In this document: in pieces, positions 12,445 to 24,500 of the stretch
Position numbering within the stretch: position 1 is the first letter of the stretch
How the letters are laid out: the number at the start of each line of letters is the position of its first letter
Assembly: GCF_001447785.1 (NCBI RefSeq)
Contig: NW_015170908.1
Coordinates: forward strand, 266,233-330,232
Direction: 5' to 3'
DNA from: Gekko japonicus
Lineage: Eukaryota
Length of the DNA: 64,000 bases
Notes under the pieces: generated by a model
Databases searched by the model: none
The model's input: the letters and a program-made list of their open reading frames with translations, nothing else
What the model was told of the DNA's origin: nothing
Made by a program: the position numbers and the translations under genes

Positions 12445-12845
12445 CAGGGGTCATTTCCTGCAGGAGTGCACAGGAGTGGAGCTCCAGCAGTAAAGAGCCC
12501 AGGGGGCGGGCACATGCAACAAGCCCCACCCCCTGCTCCCAGCAGCCCTCAGTCAGAGCAAGAAGCAGCCACGTAAGCTGCAAAGCCCCGGCCCCCGGGT
12601 CTAAAACAGTCCAGTGGCACCTTTAAGACCAAGTTTTATTCAGGTACAAGCTCTCCCTCCTTTGCGAGGACAGATCTGCACGTCCCGTCCCCCCAATAGC
12701 TAGCAATCCAAAACAGCCCAGTGGAGCCTGAGCGGTGGGTGTTGCCTTCTGACACACTTCCGGTGATGTCAGGGGTGTGTGTGGCATATGCTAATGAGGT
12801 ATGCTAATGAGCTCCTGCACCTCTTTTTCTACGAAATGACTCCTG
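12445..12845 (+). mobile_element. hAT MITE family A (TIR CAGGGGTCATTTC); copies 14534-14940, 15657-16072, 50165-50548(-), 58892-59373(-), 61763-~62047(-, truncated)
   Basis: 8-bp TSDs gatatgtg, ata(t/c)tgtt, gttctaag, ggtacagg, a(t/c)gcagac. Confidence 0.88.
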
Positions 12846-13112
12846 GATATGTGCATGGTCATTGTAACTACCTTGACTCACTATACCCTTTGATGAAGGA
12901 TTGTCTTCTCTTCGCAACGGTCTTAATATTATGTATGATACCGTCGGGGTATACGGGACAGTATTTTCTCTATGGACTGTTATTGCCCCTAAGGAGGGCT
13001 TGTGCTTGTGGACTATTTTGGATTGTATTTACTTTAAGAATCATCATTCTGTGGTTTGTGTGACTATGATGTGCATTACATTCTTCTGAAGTGCTGTATG
13101 TGTTTACAGAAA

Positions 13113-13448
13113 GGGGCCGCGGTGGCTCAGAAGTTAAGACACTTCGCTGAAAACCGGAAGGTCGGTAGCTCAGCAGTTCCAGACCCAAGTGCCGCATGAC
13201 AGAGTGAGCTCCCGTCTCTGGCCCCAGCTCCTGCCAACCTAGCAGTTCGAAAGCAAGAAATTGCAAGTAGATAAATAGGTACTGCTTTGGTGGGAAGGTA
13301 ACAGCGCTCCATGCGCCTCAGCGTCTAGTCATGCCGGCCACATGACCACGGAAACATCTTCGGACAGTGCTGGCTCTTTGGCTTTGAAACGGAGATGAGC
13401 ACCGCAACCCTAGAGTCAGATTCGACTAGCTTTCGAGCAAGGAAACCT
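13113..13448 (+). mobile_element. Sauria SINE
   Basis: tRNA-like head and Sauria body. Confidence 0.85.
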
Positions 13449-13855
13449 TATATATTCAATATATTCCTATGAGTAACATTACTTGTCTTAAACCCTTTTT
13501 GGGAGAGTTCCCACCTTTGTAGATTTACACTCTCCCTTCCCGGTTAATTTTGTGCTGTCTGGGGCTCAGTCAATTGGCTTCCAGTGGCAGCGGGGGCTAC
13601 TGTCCCCCTTGCACAGGTGACCACCCCTTGCTTTGCCCTGGTAGGGGGGCAGCGGTGCAGGTTCGCCAGCTCTGGGTTGGGGAATACCTGGAGATTTTAT
13701 GGGCGGAGCCTGGGGAAGGTGGGATTTGGGGAGGGGAGGGGTCTCAGCAGGGCAGAATGTCATGGAGTCCACCTTCCAAAGCAGCCATTTTCTCCAGTGG
13801 AAATTGATCTTGGTTGTCTAGAGATTGGTTGTCATAGGAGGACATTTCCAGGTGC

Positions 13856-14250
13856 CAGGGCTATTTTTGGGCCGGAACGCACAGGAATGGCATTCCGGCT
13901 GGCTCCTGAGTTGGCCACGCCCAGCAGGAACTCATTAGCATAATAGGCCACACCCAACAGCAGAAACGCATTAGGATTGGCTACATTAGGGGTGTGTGGC
14001 CTAACATGCAAAGGAGTTCCTGCTACAAAAAAAGCCCTAGGTGTTGACAACAAACAAGGTAAACAGAATAAGAAAGGAAAGGTGGGTGTGGCTGGATGAC
14101 CACACTTCTGGTAACATGGGGGTGTGGCCTAATGTGCTAATGAGCGGTGCTGTCAGGGTGTGGCCTAATATGCTAGTGAGTTCCTGCTGTTGTTTGTGGC
14201 CTATTATGCTAATGAGTTCCTGCTGGGCTTTTTCTACAAAAAGAGCCCTG
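13856..14250 (+). mobile_element. hAT MITE family B (TIR CAGGGCT); copies 22538-22929(-), 25321-25717, 55735-55960, partial 48169-48252
   Basis: 8-bp TSDs ccaggtgc, gggttgag, tc(a/t)cctgg; internal repeats gggtgtggcctattatgctaatgagt. Confidence 0.88.
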
Positions 14251-15302
14251 CCAGGTGCTACCTGGAGGATGGCAACTCTAGCAGCAGGGGTGGCAGTGAT
14301 TCTGGGGCTCTATCCTGGACTTTCGTCCCAGGCCTTAAGTATCACTAAAACTGCCCCTGGGCACTGCCGTGACCACACAGTTCCTTCCTCCAGGGCTGTT
14401 TGAACATCCCCGTTGGCTCCTGATCAGGGGAGGCAGCGTGACCCACAGGGTCTCTCGAGCAAGGTTATTGCCACCTATGGAGTATTGTCTAAATCTGAAA
14501 TTCTCTGTTCTCGCACTTTATCTGAATATTGTTCAGGGGTCATTTCCTGCAGGAGCGCACAGGAGCGAAGCTCCGGCAGTAAAGAGCCTAGGGGGCGGGC
14601 ACATGCAACAAGCCCCGCCCCCTGCTCCCAGCAGCCCTCAGTCAGAGCAAGAAGCAGCCAGGTAAGCTGCAGAGCCCCCTCTGGCCCCCTGGTCCACAAC
14701 AGTCCAGTGGCACCTTTAAGACCAAGTTTTATTCAGGTACAAGCTCTCCTTCTCTGCAAGGCCAGATCTGCTGCCCCCCCCCCCCCTAGCAATCCAAACA
14801 ATCCAGTGGAGCCTGAGCGGTGGGTGTTGCCTTCTGACACACTTCCGGTGATGTCAGGGGGTGTGGCATATGCAAATAAGTTATGCTAATGAGTTATGCT
14901 AATGAGCTCCTGCACCTCTTTTTTTACGAAATGACCCCTGATACTGTTCCAGCATTTTAGGATAGCTGACATGTTTATGGTTTATGGGTTTGGGTTGTTT
15001 TTAATGATGGATTTTAACTGTATTTATATATGCATTTTATGGAAGCCACCCTGAGCCCGCCTTGGCGGGGAGAGTGGGGTATAAATTGAATGAATGAATG
15101 AATGAATAAATAAATAAATAAAGGTCCCTCCCCCGCATACACTTCAGTTAAAAGACTCCAAAGCATCTGTGTCTGATTTTTATTCTGTTTCACGTCTTCG
15201 TGACCCTTCCTCCTTCTTCCTCCGTCTCTTGCGTGGCGTGGCGCTCTGGTGGCAAACAACATGGCTTGTGACATGGGGTGTTCCCCCCCCCCCAGCTCTG
15301 CA

Positions 15303-15569
15303 TCATGCGCTCAGCAACAGCGGCTGCTGCTCTTCGGCCAGTTCCTCGCCCGGGGAGATCTCGTAGACGACGCAGAGGGAGGAGTACAAGCAGCCGACGA
15401 AGGACACCAGGCTGGCAAAGTACATCACCCCGTTGGCGCTGCCCACCATGGACGTCAAAGGCCCCATCACGATGGACACCAGGATCTGAGCGAGGAAATA
15501 CTGGCAGCTCAGGAGGGAGATGTCCACCCCCATCCCCCGCTTCGTGCCCTCCTCGCTGGATCCTGCAAA
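15303..15569 (-). CDS. SLC45A1: SLC45A1 last coding exon
   Basis: [32 protein letters not shown]...[10 protein letters not shown]; minus-strand AATAAA at 15179-15184. Confidence 0.95.
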   Translation of the reverse strand, partial: FAGSSEEGTKRGMGVDISLLSCQYFLAQILVSIVMGPLTSMVGSANGVMYFASLVSFVGCLYSSLCVVYEISPGEELAEEQQPLLLSA

Positions 15570-18500
15570 CTGGGGAGAAAGAGAAGGCAGGGTGGGGGGA
15601 ACGCTGGTGAGAAGGAGGATTTTCTCAGATGCAAGTTTTGCCATCCCTGTTCTAAGCGGGGGTCATTTCCTGTAGAAGCGCACAGGAGCGGAGCTCCGGC
15701 AGTAAAGAGCCCAGGGGGTGGGCACATGCAACGAGCCCCACCCCCTGCTCCCAGCAGCCCTCAGTCAGAGCAAGAAGCAGCCAGGTAAGTTGCAGGAACA
15801 CACACACACACCCCGGTCCAAAACAGTCCAGTGGCACCTTTAAGACCAAGTTATATTCAGGTACAAGCTCTCCCTCCTCTGCGAGGACAGATCTGCACGT
15901 CCCCCCCCCCCAATAGCTAGCAATCCAAAACAGTCCAGTAGAGCCTGAGCGGTGGGTGCTGCCTTCTGACACACTTCCGGTGATGTCAGGGGGTGTGGCA
16001 AATGCAAATAAGTTGTGCTAATGAGTTATGCTAATGAGCCCCTGCACCTCTTCTTCTACAAAATGACCCCTGGTTCTAAGTCTTATAAACAAAGCAAGCC
16101 CTGTGTTCCTTAGGGATGCCAGTTCTGCCTTGGGAGATGCCTGGAGATTTGGGGGATAGAGCCTGGGGAGGGAGGGGTTTGGGGGGGAGGGGCCTCAGCA
16201 GGGCCTAATGCCATCGAGTCCACCCTCCAGAGCAGCCATTTTCTCCAGGGGAACTGATCTTGGTGGTCTGGCGATCAATGGTAACAGCAGAGGTTGGCAG
16301 CCTAATGTTGCTGGATCAGACCAAAAAGAAAATGCACGTAATCCAGCAGTCTGTTTCTTCCAACCATGTGTTTCTGGGAAGCTCACAAAATAGCCTGCCC
16401 GTATGGTTTGTCCCAAGCACCAAGGTCGGGTTAGAATGGATAAAAGGAAGTACGTCTTCACCCAAAGAGTGATTAACACATGGAATTCACTGCCACAGGA
16501 GGTGATGGAGGCTACAGGCATGGACGGCTTCAAAAGGGAATTAGATAAGCACAAGAGGGGGGGGACCCACGATACTCACGGGGGGGGAGCTCCACATGGA
16601 GGAGGAGGAAGCAGCCACAGGTGAGCCTTCTCCCCCGCTCCCCCCCGCACCAATGGCGAGGCCTGGGCCCGGCAATCCTTCTCCCCCCAACCCCCCTGCA
16701 CCGACGGCGAGGCCCACGTGGCTCCCAGCCACCAGGCCCACCAATCCTTCTCCTCTGCCTTCCTGCCCCGGTGGCGAGCTGCATGGGTCCGCTGAGCCTT
16801 CCCCCAGCTCTGGTGGTGAGGCCTGAGTGGCTCCCAGCCACCAGGCCCGCCAATCTCCTCCCCCCCAGCTCTGGCAGTGCGGCCTGAGCGGCTCACAGAC
16901 GCCGGGCCCGCCGAGTCTCCCCCCCAATGGCCAGAGCACTGTCTATGCATGCATAGGGAACACTCTTTTACTTTTGGGGGGATTTAAGTATCCCTCGTAT
17001 ATTTTTTAAACTTTTTAGATTTTTCTGCACACCCGGAGACTGCTCCAAGTGTGCAGGAAAATCTCCCTGCCCCTCAAGTGCCTCCGATGTGTGGATTTAG
17101 ATATCCACACGGAGGGGGCAACTTGGCTATTAGATATATAGATATGGAGCAGAGGTCCATCAGTGGCTATTAGCCACAAGGTATGGATAGGGACTCTGGG
17201 GCAAGGGATGCTCTGTCTTCTTGGTGCTTGGGGGGGTCAACAGTGGGAGGGCTTCTAATGTCCTGGCCCCACTGGTGGACCTCCTGATGGCACCTGGTAT
17301 TTCTGGCCACTGTGTGACACAGAGTGTTGGACTGGATGGGCCTTTGGCCTGATCCAACATTGGCGTCTCTTATGTTCTTATGTTCTTAAGCACCAGCCTC
17401 TGAACATGGAGGTTCTATTTAGCGATTGCAATTTGGGGGCCAGCAAGTAGGGGACCAGCAAAGAATCATTCCAAAGGTGCCCATAGGCTCAAAAAGGTTG
17501 GGCCCCCCCGTCACAAACTCTTTTTAGCTTAGGCAATCCATTCCTCTCCTCCCAACCCCATCTCTCTATATCTTCCCATCTATTAAGTGATGGTCATGTA
17601 CATTATAACAAAGTTTGGGTCCAGTGGTTATAACTTGATTTATTCAAGTTATAAGCTTGATATCCGAAGAAGTGCGGATGCAGACGAAAGCTTATACTTT
17701 GAATGAGACTTTGTTGGTCCTAAAAATTAATTAATTATCATACGGCAGTGGGTGTCGTATAGCCAGGGGATCCAAAGATTGTCTGGCAGCCTGAAACTCT
17801 AGCTCTTTTTGTGGTGAGCTAGGTTTAATTGGGGGGGGGGCCTGAGAGAACTGTGACTGACCCCAGGCCCCCCAGCTGGCTTCATGTGGAGGAGTGGGGA
17901 ATCGAACCCGGTTCTCCCAGATTAGATGTCCACTGCTCTTAACCACGACACCAAGCTGGTGGCACTGGACTCAAACTTTGTTCTGCCGCTTCTACCCACC
18001 TGAATCAATCCTCAACATTATGTTGGAGCATGCTCGGTTCTTATAAGGCTGTTTGGAGGATGAACCCACCCCCACTTTTAAAAAATGTACGGCTTTTCTC
18101 CATGACTGGGACATCTCCCCAATATTCAGAACACCCTGCCTTGGGTTTAAAGCATCCGCCAGCTGCCCATCGGAAGCCTTACCTTTTTACTCTGGTAGTA
18201 GTCACAGAGCAGAGAGTAAGGAAGTGTGCAGAGTGTGGAAAACAAAATCCCGTAAGTTATGCATAGTGATAAGATCACATAGACATTTCTGGACAACGTA
18301 GCTAGGCCGGTGCCAAGTCCGAAGGCCAGATACGCTATGAAATAGAGCGTGCGGATGCTGAAGTATTCCTCCAGTTTCTCCAGGGAGGCTGCAAAACACA
18401 AAAGAACAAGGCAAGGGGAATCAGGTCGGCAGAATCAATGGAAACGGTGTAAGTTCTTGTGGCTTTTCATTAGGGTTGCCAAGTCGAATCTTCTTACCGG

Positions 18501-21500
18501 CGGGGGAGCGTCGCCGGGCTCTGGGAGCTCTCCTCGGGTGCGTGCGCGCGCCGCCAGCACGTCCCGGAAGTGACGCAACCACGTCGATCACGTTGGGGGC
18601 GTGGCCCCGATCATAGAGTTTTCCCTCCGACGATCGGGGCCACACCCCCAACGTGATCGACGTGGTTGCGTCACCAGGGTGACGCTGCGCTTCGGGGGGG
18701 CGGAGTTCCCCCCGGGGCCCGATTCCGCGGCGGCGGAAATCTGGCCTCCAAAGCGGGGGTTTACCCGCCACCCGCCCCCACTTGGCAGCCCTACTGTTCA
18801 TGTTCGCCTTCTTTTGGAGGGTGCCATCTGGCTTCCTGCCGGACAGGGACTGCCCACATGATCAGGGAGAAAGGCGGGAGAGGTTTCGTACCAGAATAGA
18901 AGGCCGCGCTGAATGCATAGATGCACATCCCCCAGCACCCCATGGTCACGCCGGCATTGTACTTCTGATACTCTTCGGAGTTGTGAGGAGCTTTGGGGTC
19001 CCCTTGAAAGACCACTTCCCCCATGAAGTCTGTGTAGAACAGAAGCATGCCCTCAAAGGAGAGCCAGCCTGGAAGAGAAACCAGAAGATGGAGAGAGCAT
19101 GACTTAAGACAGTATGGTGGAGCGGTTAGAGTGTCGGACTAGGTTCTGAGAGGCCCAGGTTTGAATCCTCACTCACTCTGCCAGGGGAGTTTGCTGGGTG
19201 GCCTTGGGCCTGTCACACACTCCCAGCCTAACCTACCTCACAGGGTTGTTGGTGCAAGAATAAACAAAGGAGGAGAAAATGATCATGGTGAGCTGTTATC
19301 TCAATAAATGAATGGGGAAAATCAATGGAGTTGGTTTTTATACCCCACTTTTCTCTGTCTTCAGGAGGCTCAAAGCGGCTTACAATCGCCTTTCCTTCCT
19401 CTCCCCCCAACAAACACTCTGCGAGGTAGGTGGGGCTGAGAGAGCTCTGTGACTGGCCCAAGGTCACCCAGCAGGCTTCAAGTGGAAGAGGCGTGGGGAA
19501 TCAAACCCCGTTCTCCAGATTAGAGTCCGCTGCTCTTAACCACTGCACCACACTGAAGAAAATTAAGAGCTGGTTATATAGCACCATAAAGAGCAGTGCT
19601 GGCTCATGGGTGGAAAAACAGTAGTCCACATGTTGGATGAGGCCTGGGGAGATCTGTGTTCAAATCCTGACTTGGTCACAGACTGAGCCAGTCCCAATCC
19701 CAGCCTAAAGGTAAAGGTAAAGGTTCCCTTGCTCGAAAGCCAGTCGAATCCGACTCTAGGGTTGCGGTGCTCATCTCCGTTTCAAAGCCGAAGAGCCAGC
19801 GCTGTCCGAAGACATTTCCGTGGTCATGTGGCCGGCATGACTGAACACCAAGGTGCACGGAACGCTGTGACCTTCCCACCGAAGTGGACTCTTTATCTAC
19901 TTGCAATTTCTTGCGTTCGAACGGCTAGGTTGGCAGGAGCTGGAACTAGAGACGGGAGCTCACTCCGTCTTGCGGCACACTCGGGTCTCGAACTGCTGAA
20001 CTACTGACCTTCCACAGCCTGCAGTTCAGCGTCTTAACCACTTGAGCCACCGCAGCTAATCTCAGCCTAGCCTCCCTCAGAGCATTGTAAAGAGAAGGGA
20101 GGGGGACTATGCATGCCCTCCTGGGCTCCCTGGAAAGGAGCCCCCACCCAGAAATGCAGTGCCCTTGGCTACCGTGGAAGATTAGCCGGTCTCACTTGGG
20201 CTTACCTAGGAAGTGGTTGATGCAGAGATTGCGCAGGGCCTTGGGCATGTGGCAGATGGTGGCACACAGGAGCTTCATGGACAGCGGCCGCTCGCACAGT
20301 TCGCCCAACCCGTTCAGTTCGCTCTCGTACTTCACCCCGTTCAGCAGAATGTTTGCTACCTGTGCCGCAAAATATCACAGCAAAATCAGCAGAGACCATT
20401 GCAACCCCCACCTTACAAATGGCGTATTGCCCTACAAATGGCATCGAATGACGTATTGCCCTACAAATGGCATCGAATGGTTTATCGGCAACGACAGCCC
20501 CACACTTCAGAAAGGGCAGCCATTGGTGCTCCTTCCACCATATGAGTTTGCAACTGGACAGAGAAATGCCTGGAAGGTAATGCGAGGAGGAGAAGAAGAA
20601 GAGGAAGAGGCAGAAGAGGAGGAGGAGGAGGAGATTGGATTTCTACGCCGCCCTTCACTACCAAAAGGTGTCTCAGAGCGGCTTGCAAACTCCTTTCCCT
20701 TCCCCTCCCCCCAACAGACACCCTGTGAGGTGGGTGGGGCTGAGAGAGCTCTTGACAGAAACTGCCCTTTTTCAAAAACAGCTCTTATCAGAACTACGGC
20801 TTGCCCAAGGTCATCCAGCCAGGTGCAAGTGGAGGAGTGGGGAATCAAACCCGGTTCTCCCAGATTAGAGTCCGCGCACTTAACCACGACACCAAACTGA
20901 AGAAAACACACCAATTGTCTGGCTGGGTTCCTACTGGTGTTCTGTGTTTAAAGGCAGCCAGCCACCCAGAGGCCTCCAGAAAGCTTAAATTAAAATGATT
21001 CAAATGTGGAACTCACTCCCGGATGATGTAGTGATGGCTGCAGGAACAAACAGCTTTAAAAGGGGATTCAATAGATTCATGGAGAATAAGTCTATTGAAG
21101 GCTACTAGCCATGGTGACTGAGGGGAGCCTCCACTTTCAGAGGCATTAAGCCTCTGAATCCCAGAGCCAGGAGGAAACTTTATGGGAAGGCCTCAGCCTC
21201 CATGCCCTGCTGTTGGCCGTCCAGAGGAACCATGTGAGACAGGATGCTGGACTGGATGGACGATTGGTCTGATCCAGCAGGGCTCTTCATATGTCCTTAA
21301 AGATCCCAAGCAGGCCACGAAGAGTCTAATCCTCCTGTGTTGACTGTTCTTAGTACGGTATTTGGAGGTAAGAGGTATATAGCCTCAGAACATGGAGGTT
21401 CCATGTTTAATCACAGCTGCCTACAGACATGACTTTTCTGTATATTCTTATAAGAACATAGTAATAACTGCTGTTCTGGGTCACAACAAAGGTTCCCCTA

Positions 21501-24500
21501 ATCCAATTTTCTGTGACCAAAACCAGCCATCCAGACACATCATATAAAGGGCGTGGAAGTTATGGCTTTCCCCCACGGTTTGTCGTCATTTGCTATTCAG
21601 GGGTAGACTGACTCTGTACATGGAGGATCCATTTAGGACTGCTTAGTCCATTATGTGTCTGCCTGGCAATGCAGGGCATCTGATGAGCCCTTAGGTAGCT
21701 GCCAGAGACAGAGCTGTTTTGCCATTGGAAGGCAACACCCTCCTTTTGGATGCTAACTGGGCACCTAAACTTAGTTTCGGCTGTCAAGTAGGGATGCCAG
21801 CCTCCAGGTGGGACCTGGGGATCCCCTGGAATTACAGCTCACCTCCAGACTACAGAGATCAGTTCCCCTGGAGGAAACAGCTGCTTTGGAGGGTGGACTC
21901 TATGGCACTGTCCCCCACTGAAGTCCCTGTCCTCCCCAGGCTCCACCCCCAAATCTCCAGGAGTTTCCCAACCTGGAGTTGGCAACTCTACCCCCCCATC
22001 CCCTGCTGGTGGTAAGGTTGCCAACCTCCAGGTGGTGGCTGGAGACCCAGGATTACAGCTGATCTCCAGGTAACAGAGATAAATTCACCTGGAGAAAACG
22101 ACCGCTTTGGAAGGTGGACCCTATGGCATTATACCCCACTGGAGACCCGACCCTCCCCAAACCCTGCCCTCTTCAGCCTCCATCCCCTAAATCTCCTGGA
22201 ATTTTTCAACCCGGAACTGGCAACCCTAGCTGGTTGGACCCAGGGGGGATCTGGCAGCTCTACTGCCAAGAGAAATTGTTCTGGCTTATCTTGGCATTTT
22301 TGCATTATTGATTTTTCTCCCCTTGCCTTCCCTGCATCGTGCAGGGGGTTAGACTAGATGACCCTGGAGGTACCTTCCAACTCTATGATTCTATGATTCT
22401 TGCATTCCCTCCACGAGTGCCACATTGATATACATTTTGACTTTCATTTTATACAAATCCTAACTCTCATTTTACTGCTCTGAGGATGGATTTGATACTG
22501 TTCTGTCACATTTGTTTTGCAATTGACTTTGTTTGATCGGGCTCTTTTTGTAGAAAAAGGCCAGCAGGAACTCATTAGCATAATAGGCCACACCCAACAG
22601 CAGGACCTCATTAGCATATTGGGCCACACCCCTGACAGCACAGTTCATTAGTACATTAGGCCGCACCCCCATGTTACCAGAAGTGTGGTCATCCAGCCAC
22701 ACCCACCTTTTGCTTCTTATTCTGTTGACCTTGTTTGTGGTCAACCAGGGCTTTTTTTGTAGCAGGAACTCCTTTGCATGTTAGGCCACACACCCCTAAT
22801 GTAGCCAATCCTAATGAATTTCTGCTGTTGGGTGTGGCTTATTATGCTAATGAGTTCATGCTGGGCATGGCCAACTTGGGAGCCAGCCGGAACTCCGTTC
22901 CTGTGCGTTCCTGCCCAAAAATAGCCCTGTGATCGCACATTTCACACAGGCCATTCTGGGAAGGCTGACTGCTGTGGACTGGCTTACAAACCTTTCAAAT
23001 ACCCTAACAAATAAATGTAGCCCACGGTGGCTTTTAATACATCTCTCTGCCGCCCCGAATTTTTCCACTCCTTTTGAAAGCCACCAAAGCTGGGAACCCT
23101 CAAATTCCTAAGTTTGGAATGTCTCTTCCTGGAGGCTTACCTGGTGCCTATTGTAAATAGAGATGATGCAAAGTTGCTTATATTAGGCACTAGACAAAAG
23201 CAGGCCCTGTCCCGGATGGCCCAGGCTAGCCCGATCTCAAAAGCTAAGCAGGGTTGGCTCTGGTTAGTATTTGGATGGGAGACCACCAAGGAATATCAGG
23301 GTCACTATGCAGAGGCAGGCAACGGCAAGCTAGCTCTGAATGTCTCTTGCCTTGAAAACCCCATGGGTCCACCATAAGTCGGCTTTGACCTGATGGCTCT
23401 TTCCACCACCAGACAGAAGCAAAGAGCTTCAGCAAATAGTTGCTTTGGTTCTTTCTGGGGGGAAAAGCAGGCTTTAAAAAAACGTTTTAAATAAACATAC
23501 ATATGTGCCATCAAGTTGCAACCAACCTATTCATTTATTTCATTTCATTTCATTTCATTTCATTTATAGTTTCAATTTATATACCGCCCTTCCCTGAGTT
23601 CACAGGGCTCAGGGCGGTTGACAGCAACAAAAAAATAAAGCATAAAACCAAAAATAAAACAGTCAAGTTAAAATTAAAGAATGTTAAAGGTAAAGGTTCC
23701 CTTGCTCGAAAGCCAGTCGAATCCGACTCTAGGGTTGCGGTGCTCATCTCCGTTTCAAAGCCGAAGAGCCAGCGCTGTCCGAAGACGTTTCCGTGGTCAT
23801 GTGGCCGGCATGACTAAACACCAAGGGGCACGGAACGCTGTTCCCTTCCCACCGAAGTGGTCCCTATTTATCTACTTGCAATTTCTTGCTTTCGAACTGC
23901 TAGGTTGGCAGGAGCTGGAACTAGAGACGGGAGCTCACTCCGTCATGCGGCACCCGGGTCTTGAACTGCTGAACTACTGACCTTCCACAGCCTGCAGTTC
24001 AGCGTCTTAACCACTTGAGCCACCGCAGCTCCTTAAAGAATGTTAGATGGCACAAAAATAAATACCGTATGCATTACTGTCCCACAAGCGGGAGAAAGCA
24101 CAGTTGAGGGGGAAGGGAGTGCCCGATAAGATGGTACCTGTGGCTGTCCTCACCCAAAAGCCAGGTGGAACGCCTCTGCCTTACGTGCCCTGCGGAACTG
24201 CATAAGGTCCTGCAGGACAAGGATGTTATTTGGCAGAGAGTTCCACCTGGCAGGAGCCAGGGCTACCTGGATCGTGAGATCATGAGATCTCTTTGTTCTG
24301 GCTGAGGGCTAGGGATCACCAGTAGATTATTTCCAGCGGAACATAGAGCTCTTCAAGGGACACACCAGAGGAGCTTTCAGGACAAGCGAGAAGCAGAGGT
24401 GGTTGGCCATGGCCTACCTCTGCAGAGCCTTCCTTGGTGGCCTCCCATCCGAGTACTGTCCCTGCTTAGCTTCCAAGATCTGACAAGACTGGACTATACC

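Noticed and set aside
20109-20900. 263-aa and 232-aa (56597-57295) ORFs with poly-Glu tracts
   Set aside because: Antisense to real exons plus read-through of a SINE (CTT/CCT)n tail.
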